Assembly: GCA_024137785.1 (NCBI GenBank)
Contig: JAHRHZ010000271.1
Span: 23,113,915-23,177,914 of the forward strand
DNA from: Ginglymostoma cirratum
Taxonomy: Eukaryota
Length of the DNA: 64,000 nucleotides
Direction of reading: 5' to 3'
Below are positions 40,451-53,285 of this stretch, piece by piece; within the stretch, counting starts at the first letter, position 1, and each line of letters starts with the position of its first letter. A program made the translations under genes and the position numbers. The notes under the pieces are model-generated. The model was not told the origin of the DNA and searched no databases. It saw only the letters and a list, made by a program, of their open reading frames with translations.

Positions 40451-41252
40451 GATGTTAATATTTAGTTGTTTTCAGACCTAGCAAAAGAGTTGACAGTGAG
40501 GCCCCCAAATTCTAACAAATTGGAAATACTTCTTAGGTATAAAAGGAAAATTAGGCAGTAATTATTAGGTTGCAGCATTTTTTTTTACAGTTGTTTTCAT
40601 CGTTCAACTTTGGTGTGCTGTTCTGTTTATTCTGATGACATCACTGTGTCTCTGCTTGCAGTTTTGTTTTTCCCACTGTGCTAGTTAATGCTTGGCTTTT
40701 TTTAATACACATACACACGCACACGTAGGCTTCAGTATTTGGATCTACTTGTGCTTGATCTTTCTTCACATGGCCATTGACTTTGGAGCACATGATTGGT
40801 CCCTGGTGGTCTAACCCTGGCCTGCTTTCACAGTGTGATATTTTGGCACAAACTAGCACATTTTAACAATTCCAGACCAGTTCAAACCAGTTTGAACTGC
40901 CCTGTGTTCCAGTGACTTTCTAAGCCCTTAGTGTCTTTTGGCTTTTAGCTGCTGTAAGCTTTTTCAAATTTGACAGAAACCCCTATAATCTGTCTGCCAT
41001 GACCTCTTTGTTAGACAGTTGGCCATTTCCTAAGTTTTCCCACTCTGTACTGTTATACAGAGGAGGATATCTAATAAAGTCAACTGTTACTTCTATTCAA
41101 AACTAATGTTGACTGTTCTCTCTGTTGAAAGGACATTGTCTTTATTGACTGCTCAAATGTAAGACTAACATCAGTACTCCTGCCAAGTATATAGATTTAC
41201 ACTCCCCAGTACCACCTGCACTCCAGCTCCATATTGATATGGAGCCAGGAAG

Positions 41253-41331
41253 GAAGCAGATGCTGGAAGCTAGCGTCAATAAATGTGGAGCTGGAAAAGC
41301 ACAGCAGGTCAGACAGCATCCGAGGAGCAGG
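41253..41331 (-). mobile_element. Penelope-like tail fragment
   Basis: GCAGATGCTGGA...GCTGGAAAAGCACAGCAGGTCAGACAGCATCCGAGGAGCAGG matches the family arm. Confidence 0.6.
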
Positions 41332-43217
41332 ACCCTGACTAAGTGCAGTCATAAATAAACAGATATAGGGCCTTTCAGCTGACCTGCAAAGTCAAGCCTC
41401 TCAATCACTCTCTCGCTTATACGATTTTTTTTCTGTACTTTTTCTTTCCTTCAATTTTTTTTATAAGGATGTGGTATCCAGAACTGGATACCATATTCCA
41501 GTTGATCCCTAACCAACATAAATACTGTTACCACTAGCCCCTGGACAATGTTCCTTTTGTGTATTACTATTCCACATGGGATACTTCAAATTGTCCAGTG
41601 CCCAGGTAAAGGAGGATGAACTGTCTCCCCTAATTAACCTGCCATCTCGGTTGGTTGCAACAGTTTAAAGAGGATCCCTTCTCTTTGGAAACTTTTCTCT
41701 CAGACCAAATGTGCTGACTTCACTTGTTTCCACACGAGAGAGAGACATCCTTTTTACCTGCAGAGCAGGCATGATTTGCTGTGACCCTCACAGTACACAC
41801 CATTACCCACGAACATATATAGACCAGAGTCGGAACTGGCTTTTACTCCGTTTTTGTATATTCTTAAAGGGAAAGTGGTGTCCCTTGCCACGTGTCTATG
41901 ATCTGGAATTTAGCCCGCAGGATATGCATTCCTGCTGAGATGAGGGAACTGGTTTGCCTTGCACCCGCCTTGCACCTTTAACTTTTGAAGTCACATTCCT
42001 TTAAAACATCTTTTGCACTCTGCTAAGAGTGGCATTCCAGGTTTCCTCTTCAGATAACCACTGAATTTATTTTCTCAGTCGTCATTTTGGAAATTCAGTC
42101 ATCACTGTTAATAAAACTACTTTTTTTTTTGTCCGAGTTATTTAATTGAATTTCAGTTCCCCCAACTGCTATACTAGGCTTTCAACTCTGGTCTCCACAG
42201 CATTAGCACAGACCTTTGCATTAATAGTCCAGTAACATTATCAGGGGCAGTAGTATAGTGGTAAACACGTAATGCAAATCAACTGGTTGCTACATTGAAA
42301 ATGATGGCATTGAGTTCCATATGTGATAATTAGGTTTTTTTTTCCTTAGCAGCCAGATTCTAATTCATCTTTCAATCATGTGATTCTCATGATTTAGCCT
42401 TCTAGTTCAATTAAAATAAATTGAACTGAGTGATGGAGCAGGAAGAAGCTAACATGATGCTTTGCAGTATTTTTATACTGGATGACGTTCTGTTATCATT
42501 GATCGTGACTGATAATCCATAATTAATTTGAAATTCCATTTGTTCTTCAACATAGCAATCAGAAACAGCTTCTCTGTTAGCCTTATTTCACCAGAAGCCA
42601 GTACCAGGAGAAAGGGCTGCAAACGGTGCTAAACAAGAGAGTCCTAGCCTTCAGCTCAGGCTCCTCTCCCCCACTCTCACTGCCTCCATGTGTTCACAAG
42701 AATGTACTCTGCTCCAGTACGAAGTTCCAGGGATTGAGATGCGATTGTTCTGGAGCAAGCCCCTGGACAATTGGTTTGATTGACTACTTTTTTTTTAGAA
42801 AGATGTTTTGGATGATATAATCTGCCCTTTGCCATGCCCACCTCTGATTTGTAGATGTGTCCCTACAAGCAAAGTCATCAGTGGTGTTGGGAGGAGGTTG
42901 TGAAGGATGTGTGAGAGAGAAAGGCTATAAGAATTACCCGTTGGAGTTGGAGGCTGCAAGGGGTTTGTAGAAAAGGACGTTCTAAGAGGAATAGGGGGAA
43001 ATGGGAAAGCAACAAGGAAATGGAGGGTAGTGGAAGAGAGTAAAAGGATGGAAGGGATTTGAAGATAGGGAGAGCTGCAAAAGAAGGGGAAGAAAGACGT
43101 TTCAAGTAAGAACATTGTTGATTTTGTTGATAGGTGTACAACATTCAGCTAACTGGGAGCCAGGAATGCTTAAAATCACTGAGGTAATTAATTACTAGCA
43201 AATAATTCAGGAATTAT

Positions 43218-43567
43218 GGGGAGGCAATGGCCTCAAGGTATTATCACTGGACTGTTAATCCAGAGACCCAGATAACATTCCGGGGACCTGGGTTAGAATC
43301 CCATCACGGCAGATGGTGGAATTTGAATTCAATAAAATATCTGGAATTAAGAATCAACTGAATTTATTGATGAATCTATTGTCCGTTGTTAGAAAAACCC
43401 ATCTGGTACGCAAATGTCCTTTAGGGAAGGAAACTGCCATTCTTACCTGGTCTGGCCTACATGTGACTTCAGACCCACAGCAATGTGGTTGACTCTGAAC
43501 TGAAGTTAAGGATGGGCAATAAATGCTGCCTAGCCAGCGACGCCCTCATCCTGTTAATGAAAAAAAA
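43218..43567 (+). mobile_element. tRNA-derived SINE sharing its 3' end with LINE family 1
   Basis: A-box-like TGGCCTCAAGG and B-box-like GGTTAGAATCCC. Tail is GGATGGGCAATAAATGCTGCCTAGCCAGCGACGCCCTCATCC followed by an A-run. Confidence 0.8.
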
Positions 43568-44681
43568 TCTTAACTTAAGCTTGCTTATGTTCAGGAACTA
43601 CTTTCAGGAGATGATGCAGTGAATGTTTTTGCATTGAATACTCTTGCATGTTGAATTTGAATTTCAATCTGAGATTTTGGACAAAGCAGTAATTGTCTGC
43701 TTTAAAATCTGCTGGGTTTGTGTAAATGTGATAGGAATACAATCTTGTGACCTCACTAGTTTGAGGAAGGTTTGTTTAGGGTGATGGTGCAAAAGTGTGC
43801 ATCAGTGAAATTTAAAAAGAAGTTTAATTGCTGACTTTTATATCTGTTGAATTTGTGTAAATTTAAATGCTGTAGTGTGTCGGAAAAGAGTACTTTGTGT
43901 GTTACGGCTTTAAATTTGAGGTTGACGATAAACATCCATCTTGAGATGTGTGGCTGCACATGTGTGCATCTGCTCTGATGTGCAGACACCGTGTGCTGAC
44001 ACCGATTGTAGCATTGATGTCTGGTTCTGGAGGTCACTGCCCCACATGCAACTTGGAGGTCCACATAGTTGAACAAAGTTTAGAGAGTATCCTGATAATG
44101 GTTTTTGAGGATATTGTTGAATTCTTCTCCTCCTGCTTTTGTGCAAGTCCAAATACTCTATACATGAAAACAAATAAGGTACCAATGGAAACAAAGAAGT
44201 AACACCCTGCAAAAAAAAATGTTGTGCCCTGTTGTAGAATCTAAAGTATTTTGCAATCCTATTATTTGCTCTATATTAGGCATTTTAAAATTATGTTTAG
44301 TTTTAATTTAAAATAAGAAACTACTTATTACTTAGTTGTAAAGTATATTTCTTTTTTCATTATCAAGCGTCACTTTTTTCTGGATTGAAATAGCATATTC
44401 TTGCAGGTGAATGCTTTGTTGCTAATTTACTGGAAGGTTTTTTGCCTTTTTAATCTTGGGAAGTGAAACTGGTCATCATACAATACAATACGTTGTTGTT
44501 TTCAAGATATTCTCATTTGGATGTGGAATTATTGTTTGTTGTGCTTATTGTGAGATATTGTTGCTGTTCAGTTATTGCATATGTCCAGGGTCAAAGGAAT
44601 GGCTGCATAATACGAATGACCAAGATGTGTGCAATTGTCTGTAAAAGCTGTGGTTGCGAAGCATGTCATAGTGAAACCTGA

Positions 44682-44805
44682 ACAAAAACAAAGTTGCTGG
44701 AAAAGCTCAGGAGGTCTGGCAGCATCTGTGGAGGAGAAAACAGAGTTAAAGTTTCAGGTCCGGTGACCCTTCCTCAGAGGGTAGTGACCAGTCATTTGAC
44801 CTGGG
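44682..44805 (-). mobile_element. Penelope-like short element of a second subfamily
   Basis: 13-bp TSD TAGTGAAACCTGA at 44669-44681 and 44806-44818. The minus strand reads CTGAGGA-A-GGGTC(ACCG)GACCT-GAAA-CTTT. Confidence 0.75.
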
Positions 44806-44929
44806 TAGTGAAACCTGAGCTTTTGATGGACTTTATAAATAGACACATACTCTAGAAAAGTCAAAAAGCTTTGTTAAATATATATGAACGGAAGTTGCTG
44901 TGGGAGTGATCAACAGGCTCCCTGACACT

Positions 44930-46375
44930 AAACACAATGTAAGACAAATTATACAAGAAGAAATATTAAGCTCACGTGATAGAGGGACGGGAATAATTAC
45001 GGATTAATTCAATCAACATATTAACTGGAATAGTCAGATTGGTGACATTAGCCTTGCTGAGGAGCTCACTTTTGAGAGAGTTGATTAGAGCAATTTATTC
45101 ACAAATTGCCCGGAGAGCAGGTTATTACTAGACTGGGTTTTGTACATTGTGATGGATTAACTAGTGGCGTCAGAGTAAAGAACCTCTAACTGGCAACTGT
45201 CATAACATCAATGCATTTTACATCAGCTTGAAAGGGAAAACAATGGGCCCAATATTTTAAACTTGTAAAGGGGCAACTGTGTGAGCATGAAAGCTAAGCT
45301 AGCTGAAGTGAAAGATCAGTAAATAAACAGTGATAGATTTTTTTAAAGAGATAATTTTGAGTACTCAGAATACGTACATTCATGCTCTAAAAAAAATTCC
45401 AAGGGGTGGACCCAACATCCATGTTTAATTAAAGAAAGTAAGAACAGCATCAAACTTCAGGAAAAAGCATAATTCTATAAAGGTGGGTGGCAGGTCAAGT
45501 GACTGGTCAGAGTACAAAGCACAGCAGAGAACTGTTAAAAGGATTATCAAGGCTAATAAATTAGGGCATGGAAGGAAGCTTAAGAATATATGACCAGATA
45601 GCAAGAATTTCTACAGGATTCTAAAATGGAAAAGAGTAAAGCGATTATTGGTCTGCCAGAAAGTAGAAATGACGGAATAATAGTGGACAATAAATGGTGG
45701 CTATAATGATTCTGTCTTGCACAACGGAGGAAACAAATAATTTCCCAAAATAACTGTAAATTTCGGAGCTTGGTGAAGGAAGTGAGAAACTTAGTGAAAT
45801 TGTGGTCACTTGGGAAGCTGTATTGAGCAACTGATGGAGCAGTAGGTTGATTAATCTTCAGGTCCTGATGGACATCAACCTAAGTTTTTAAAAGAGATGG
45901 CTAAGGAAGTAGCAAATGCATTGTTGTACATTCTGCAATTTTTTTTAGATTCTGGCAGCGTTGACTCAGGCTGGAAAATAACAAAATAACTCCTGTATTC
46001 ATGAATAGAGGAAGTTAGCAAACAGAACAGTATAAATTTCACTGTAATTTTGACGTTTGTCATGGAGAAGCCATTAGAATCAGTCATTTAAGGACGTTAT
46101 AACTGGCATTCGGAAAAACTCAAGGTAACCTGCAAGATTCAGCATTCTTTTGCCAAGGGGAAACCATGTTTATTCAATTTGTTGGAATTTTTTTATTAGT
46201 AAGTGTAAAATGGATTGTGGTGAGGGTAAATCCATTTATGTACTGTACTTGGATTTCCAGAAGGCATTTGACAAGGCTCCACTTAAAAAGGTTAATGTGC
46301 AAGGTACGGGAGATCATGGTGTGGGAGTAACGTTATGATCATCGATAGAAGATTAGCTGGCTGGCATAAACAGAG
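44930..46375 (+). mobile_element. Decayed CR1-type LINE (endonuclease end, tether, RT start)
   Basis: QHSFAKGKPCLFNLLEF near 46140-46190 and YVLYLDFQKAFDK in ORF 46150-46338. Confidence 0.85.
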
Positions 46376-47242
46376 GGGCTCAGAAACAGGAGAAGTACCA
46401 AGGCCTATGATTTCTCTCCCTGACCTCATAAAAGCAGCCATCTGCTGAGAGAAATCTCAGACAGAGTAAATTCAGAATGATTTGCCTATTTGTTGTGTAT
46501 TTCTTTGATAATTTTGTGTATGTTTAGATTAGTTAAATGTTATTTTATCCTTTTGAACATTTTCTTAAAGAAACAGCTTTTGAATTTGAAACAAAACAGT
46601 AAAAATCCAGATGTCTTTGTTCTACCCATCTTTCAGCGTTGCTTTGTAATTGCACTTCTGTTCTTTTTTCAAAAAAAAACTACAAACTTTGAGGATAAAA
46701 AGAAGTGCAAACTCAGTTTTGGGTTAATTTAAGGTAAGTTTATCTGAAATCATTGAAAAAAATCTGCAATGCCAGGACATGAATTGTTAGTGCTACAGTG
46801 TATCATGCTTTTTATTTGATATGGATTTGGTCAGTAGACCCTCTTGAAGACTGTCTTGATGAAGGATTCATCCAACAGAAACAAACAAAAAACACTAGCG
46901 GTAAAATGGTTCTGGGGCAGGCTTGGTGCATGTTGAAACAGCTGCCCCAAGCATGAGATTAATAGTCAGATGACTATCTGAACTTTCTATGGGTGATGCT
47001 GGAGATAGGACAACAAAAATAACTTTATTGACATTTTGATTTTATTGTTTGAAGTAATATTGGTGTAGCTGAGTATAAATATAACCTGTGCCTCCACATT
47101 TTTTTTTAGTCATATTCCCATCAAATTTATATTCATTTTATTTCTCATCAGTTGTTTGTTGGCAACTCTGTACTTAAGTTGTAGATGTTTTGTCTGTTCT
47201 CATATATGATGTTGTATCAGTGTTCCGTGTTTGTTTTTGTAG

Positions 47243-47284
47243 TGCACAACGTGACAGAAATACTCTGCCGAAAAAAGGATTAAG
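47243..47284 (+). CDS. NAV1: NAV1 42-nt exon C, (S)AQRDRNTLPKKGL(R)
   Basis: Acceptor is TTGTTTTTGTAG; donor is AG|GTAAAC. DRNTLPKKGLR is a conserved navigator-family motif. Phase 2/2 fits both neighbours. Absent from the ORF track. Confidence 0.95.
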
Positions 47285-47973
47285 GTAAACTACCTCTTTG
47301 TGCGGTTTGTTTCAAATTCTAAATTCCAGACAAAGTTCCTGTATCACTACGTGTAACGACACAATACATAAACTGAATTTGAAACCTATTATTAACAATT
47401 TTGACTGATGTCTATTGGTTGGTATTGCCTGGATATCAGACACCCAGTTGAGCAATTAAAAAGGATTCCTTGGATCAAAAATCCGAACTTAGTTCTTTTA
47501 TTCTTCAATATTATGTCCTATGTGATTAAATAGACAGGTTACACCACAGTCCAAAAAGATTTTCAAAGCAAAATGATTGTCTCCTGTTTCAAATTACTTA
47601 AATAAGTCCCTGATAATCATACTTCAAAATCACATTACACGTCCTCTAATTTCCAGTAAGTAGGTGAACAGCACAGATCTCAGGTTTGACTCGCATTGTG
47701 TTGAGTCGGCTGTTCTCAGTTGAAGCAGCAATGAGGTCTCTACAGAGGAGAAAGTTTGTGAAAGACACGAGTAGGTCTTCAGCTTGATTTGTTACATTCG
47801 CTGAGGAGAAGACTGAGCAACAGTACTGGGTCTTGGTAACCGTGCTCATGTACCTGTCCCCTAAACTTCAGGAGGGGTGAGCATTAAAAATAAAACCATG
47901 TCAATCCCACAATTTCATGTCTATCTACAGATAGGAAAGAAGACTGAAATGGCCGGCACACCCTCTTTGCATC

Positions 47974-48189
47974 CGACATAGTAGGAACTGCAGATGCTGG
48001 AGAATCTGAGATAACAAGGTGTAGAGCTGGATGAACACAGCAGGCCAAGCAGCATCAGAGGAGCAGGAAAGCTGACATTTCGGGTCTAGACCCTTCTTCA
48101 GAAGAAGGATCTAGGCCCGAAACATCAGCTTTCCTGCTCCTATGATGCTGTTTGGTCTGTTGTGTTCATCCAGCTCTAGACCTTGTTAT
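47974..48189 (-). mobile_element. Fold-back Penelope-like element, reverse-oriented sibling of 39661-39865
   Basis: 13-bp TSD CCCTCTTTGCATC at 47961-47973 and 48190-48202. Inverted arms surround ~48101. The minus strand at 48074-48101 reads CTGAAGA-A-GGGTC(TA)GACCC-GAAA-TGTC. Confidence 0.85.
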
Positions 48190-48623
48190 CCCTCTTTGCA
48201 TCTGTTTAGTTTTAAGTGAATCCGAACTGGCACAAGCAAAGGAGCTTTCAGTCATTATTTCACAAACTAAGCAAGTCCATTGATAAAATTGTTGTGTGCT
48301 GCAGTGTGGACCTCACATTGTCCATTACCATCTCATATAACATAATGTTAATGCATTTTTTTTTCGTATTTCTTAACAAGTTATCTCCAAATTCCTTCAT
48401 ATTTATCCAGCCTCATTTTGTCTGAATTGAAAGTTACAAAGTGGATGAACTTCAGCTAAATTCCTAAACAATTTATCATGAGATAATTCTTTTTGGATAA
48501 TTTCTCAATTAAAAGCTTGAAGACTTGGAAAGCATGAATAAGATGACTAGTCGTATAACTTGCACTTTGAATTTTCCCTATTGCAATTTTTTATAATGCT
48601 CTTGCTGCAAAATATTTTGAATA

Positions 48624-49485
48624 CTGTATATATTTGTGTAAATGTCAGTTTTTTTTTAGACTATCTTTTAGGGTTAAATTTATGGGGTCGATTATTACAT
48701 GAATACTACTTTTGAGGGGCTGAAATTCATGCTACAGTCCAAAATACCATATCATTAGCCAAAGCCCAATTGATCTCTAAACGAATAAAGGAAAAAAAAT
48801 GAATTATGGTAATTGCTGTAATATCTCATGTTCTAGTTCAGCGGACAACTTTTGTGCAATCTTAGTTCTCTGCTGAAGTGCAAAGTCTTGCCTTCTCATG
48901 AACCTTGTGCAACATCCAGCACTTGCCTTAAAATCTGAAATTCCATCCTTCTTTGATTAATTTCATGCATGGATACGAATGGCTTCACAACTAACACATT
49001 TTCCATTTTGACAATTTTCAAGTACCCACTCAGCAACATTTTTCTCCAATTGTGGGCACTTGCTAATTTTACCTGTGTTGGCACAATTTTGTTCGGCGTT
49101 GTCTGAAGTTAGTTCGATATCTTACTCCAGTCTCTCAAGTTTCTCCAAAACACACAATTCTCTTGCTGCTACACATTATTTGTCTTTTCTGCAACTTTAA
49201 TAAACGTATACTGTGTAAATGCTGCTGTATGTTCCTTGCTTTTCTCTGGAGGACATTTTTACAGGAAATGATGAAGAAATTTCAAAACACCTAATAGCAT
49301 GAAAAATAAATTCATTTCCTCATCGTAACATTTATGAACAAGATAATACCCCAACTCTCATATGTTGATCTGTCACCTGTGAAGAACTAGGGTCAACTTT
49401 TACATAAGATATATGGAAAATTCCAGATTTTTTGGCCAAAAATAGGGGGTCAACTTTTGCATGAGATCAACTTGGGTATATATGG
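48624..49485. mobile_element. Possible decayed pogo-like DNA transposon
   Basis: Ends CTGTATATATTTG and CTTGGGTATATATGG look like CpG-decayed CCGTATATACTCG TIRs. GGGGTC(G/A)A.T subterminal motifs recur at ~48684, ~49390 and ~49446. Confidence 0.4.
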
Positions 49486-50998
49486 CTCTTAAAACATGAA
49501 CAGGTGTATTAATTTCACTGGAACTCATCAATAAAAGGAATTGCAAGTGAAACTTTCCTACGGTAAAACAAATAGTATCACATTGGCTTCAAATTACACA
49601 ACTTGCCTGATATGTTCTGTTGACTTTTGATGTTGGGGAATATCTGTAGCAGAATGAGTAGTCCCCATAAAGAAGATTAACTTCAGAATGGAATTTAGTT
49701 ATTAGTTCATGTAGCTATTTTGCTAGGTTTATCAGAGATAATTCTAAGTTTACAAATTAGTCCTCATATGAAAATAGCATTGCTAATGTGTTAGTTGGAT
49801 GGAATTGCTGACATGAAACTACAATCAACTGTACCGATATTAGTATAACTTCCTGAATAGAAGAAACTATTTCATTCCCACTGTTTATATGCAAAGCAAT
49901 TTGGCAGGGATAGATGATTATTTTGAAGACACGTTGAGAAGCTTAGGACTGTAATGGTCAAATGGTCTTAGATGTATAATCAAGCGCAGTGAATGCATCT
50001 TCATATCTCATGTATTATCTACTATTTTTCTGGTTTCATGTACTGCTCAAAACTTAACTGCCCATCTCCATTCACTGGAATTTAACATCTCTTCCCACAG
50101 GTTCTGCCTGGCTTGCTGAATATTTCTAAGATTTTTTTGTTTTTATTTGTGAATTGCAGATAACTTGGGGGTAGTACTAGTAGCAACAATAGCCACTACT
50201 GTCTATACTTAATGCTTCTTATATACTGTAATGGATTGGGCCTAATTATTTTAGCATTTGATTCAACACCAGATCTAAGTGTTCCTAGCATTGATTTCGT
50301 TCTCCACATCTCATTATAGGTTAAAACAATACAAGTGTACAAGTTTTGCTTTTGCCAATATGTTAGAAAGTACTTTATTTAATTTGTGGACTGTTTGTTT
50401 TTACTTGCTCTGCTTGGGCATAGTAGATACTGAGCACAGCACAGGGGAAACAAATATTGAAGTTAGTCCATTCTCATAACTGAGATCTAATAAAGAAGCA
50501 CTTGTATTCTGTGCAGCTCAGCGATAGCCAAAATAATAGATATTTGCCTTCTAAGCAGAAAGCTAGGAGTTTGACATCTTTCTTCTGTGTTGGTTCTGAA
50601 ACGAGAGCAATATATTGACAGTTTTCTACTTCCTGTCTGGTTTAACTATGTTGTTTTTCTTCCAATCAGAAAGGTGTTAATTTTGGAGAAGCTAGAAAAG
50701 TTTGGAACTCTGTATACGATAGCGTAGGGGTCGGCAAACAACCAAAAAGAGGTCGCTCAAAAGTATGTGTCTGTTTGACTCAGAGTTCCCCATGTTACAT
50801 AGCAAAGATCACACTGTTCTATTATTAATGCCATTTAAAATGATCTTGTCTCAAGCTCGTTAGAGGTAGCAAACGTTTTGAAATTGTGATCTGAAACATT
50901 AATATATGCTTTTACTCCATTAACTTCCACATTCTTAGCTTGGTTTACACATTTGTCAAGATCTAACTCATTTGTACATGGCCTCCCCTCATTTATAG

Positions 50999-51120
50999 AT
51001 ATGGAACAAGTTCACAACAGGAAGACAAGGAATGGCTCCATGGACGTTCTATTGGAGGTCCTGTAGACTCGGATAGCCAGTCACTCTCATCCCCATCAGC
51101 TGTTCCGTTATCAAACTTGG
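50999..51120 (+). CDS. NAV1: NAV1 exon D (122 nt), (R)YGTSSQQEDKEWLHGRSIGGPVDSDSQSLSSPSAVPLSNL
   Basis: Acceptor is CCTCCCCTCATTTATAG; donor is G|GTCAGT. The frame is open, phase 2 to phase 1. It aligns by eye to the navigator segment following KKGLR. Confidence 0.88.
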
Positions 51121-51605
51121 GTCAGTACATTTTTGATTACCAAATAATTTGTAGAAAAAACTGCATTTTGGATTTCCTTTTTTCCCAATCAATTTGTTTA
51201 GCTATTTTGGTAACTGACATTTTCTGCCTTGCAGCAGATGAGTATAGAATGTAATAAAAATAGCAAGTTTTACTTATTGATGACATCCATATGAAAATAA
51301 CATGGGAAAATTGTGTTGGGATAGAAAAGAAACTAAAATATAGATTGGCAGAGCAGGCTTGAGGTGAGGGGTTGCCTACTCCTGCCCCTAGCTTACTGTG
51401 CCTCTGTTTGGGATATGTCTTAAAGACATATAAATTGACTAACTGTGCAACTTAAATATCAGATGGTAAAATTTCTGATTGATGACATTTCCACACAAGT
51501 ATCTGACATGGTGCCATATTTTTGATTGATTAGAATTTCAATTCTCTGAATTTCATAACTAAATCCACGTGGTATAATCCTGGTACAAAACACAATCTCT
51601 TTATT

Positions 51606-51732
51606 CAGTTCTGTAGAAGAGTCAAATAAGATCAAAATATTTAGTCTGTTTTGGTCTCCACAGATGCTGCCAGATCTGCTGAGTTTCTCCAGCATTCTGT
51701 TTATTTCAGATTTCCAATATCCACAGTACTTT
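51606..51732 (+). mobile_element. Degenerate Penelope-like element (similar remnants near 20528-20592, 50085-50150, 52055-52160, 52756-52872 and 59870-59945)
   Basis: Decayed core AGTTCTGTAGAAGAGTC, followed by CCACAGATGCTGCCAGATCTGCTGAGTTTCTCCAGCA...TTTCAGATTTCCA. Confidence 0.55.
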
Positions 51733-52259
51733 ACTGTAATATGACTGTCAGTTAATTTTATTTGCACGATTATTGCACTTTGCAAACAGTAGGAAGCAGC
51801 GATCAATAAGATTATTGCTGAAACAACTGCTGAAAATTTACAGAGCAGGATCTCAGGAATCCCCATGGTTTCCTGAGGGTTAAAAGCTCACCACCTTTTA
51901 CTCAAGTTAGCCAAAAAAAAAGCTGTGTTTTCAGTGCTTTCAACTGTCTCTCATAGGAGGGGTTTCAGTACGAATGTCCCTTTCCTAATTATAGAAATGA
52001 AAAATGCCATATGTAAAAGTATCTTTTCAGAATTTGAGAATTGAGCTTATTAATACAAGCAGAAAATGCTGGAAATACTCAGCAGGTTACACAGTATACT
52101 GACTTGCTGAGCATTTCCAGCAAGCTGTGTTTGTGTTTTAGATTTCAAGCAGCTGAAGTTTTCTACCTTAAAGAATATTTTGTTTTTAAAAGGGGGAAAA
52201 AATTTACAACCTCAGTACAAATGTAAACAACAAATAACTTTTTTATGATTAACTTTTCT

Positions 52260-53285
52260 TGGATAATGGCGTAGAAAGTCATATCTAAATTTGCTTATGA
52301 CACAAAAATAAGTGGCATTATAGACAGTGCCATTGATGGCATAAAAACTGTGGCAGATGGAGTTCAGTGTAAGCAAGTGCAAAGTTATCCATTTTGGACC
52401 AACAACAGATGGGTCAGGCTATTTTCTGGATGATAAGAATTTAAATTCAGTGGATGTGCAAAGAGATTTGGGAGTTCAGGTACATAGATTTTTGTGTTAA
52501 TTTAAACAGGTGCAGAAAATAATCAAGAGAAAATTAGTGGAATGCTTGCCTTTATACCTAGAGGACTGGAGGATGCAGAAGTTATGCTGCAGTTATACAA
52601 AACCGTGGTTAGATCCCCTTGGAGTATGGCGAGCAGATCTAGGCACTAAAACTTGGGAAGGATATATTGGTCTTGGAGGTTGTACAACATTGGTTTACAA
52701 GACTAATACGTGGACTTCAGGGTCTAAGTTATGAGGAGAGATTTGAGCAAATTGTGTTCAAAGAAGAGTTACTGGACTAAAAAAGTTAACTCTGCTTTCT
52801 CTAGACAGATGCTGCTTGACTTGATGAGCTTTTTCCAGCAATTTCTGTTTTTGTTTCTGACTTCCAGCATCCATAGTTAATTTCTACAGTTTAAAAAAAA
52901 TGCCTGTTTTCTGCATAATTTAGAAGACCTGAGGGGTAATTGAAATCTTCAAGATATTAACAGGAAAAGAAGAGATGGATAACTATTTTCACTGATTGGG
53001 GATTCTGGAACAAGGGGACATAGTCAGTGAGTTAGGGCCAACTGTTCAGGAGAGATGTTAGGAAGCACTTCTACACACCAAAGGATGGTAGATGTTTTGA
53101 ACTCTTCTACAAGCCCATGGCAGTGGATGGTAGATCAGTTGTTAATTTTAAAGCTGTGATTTTTGTTTTGTTAAGCGACAGTATTAAAGGATGTGGGCCA
53201 GAGGCAGGTATATTGAATTAGGTCTCATTGAATGGTGGAGCAGGCTTAAGGGCTGAATGGCCTAATCCTGTTCCTATGTTCCTAT
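52260..53285 (+). mobile_element. CR1-type LINE 3' end
   Basis: SKFAYDTK (decayed KFADDTK) near 52285, and a 3' tail GAATGGCCTAATCCTGTTCCTATGTTCCTAT. Interrupted by a Penelope-like remnant near 52756-52872. Confidence 0.8.

Noticed and set aside
42820-43110. Purine-rich strand-asymmetric tract with minus-strand ORFs
   Set aside because: It is low-complexity, with no regular period or recognisable protein motif, and is probably a repeat remnant.
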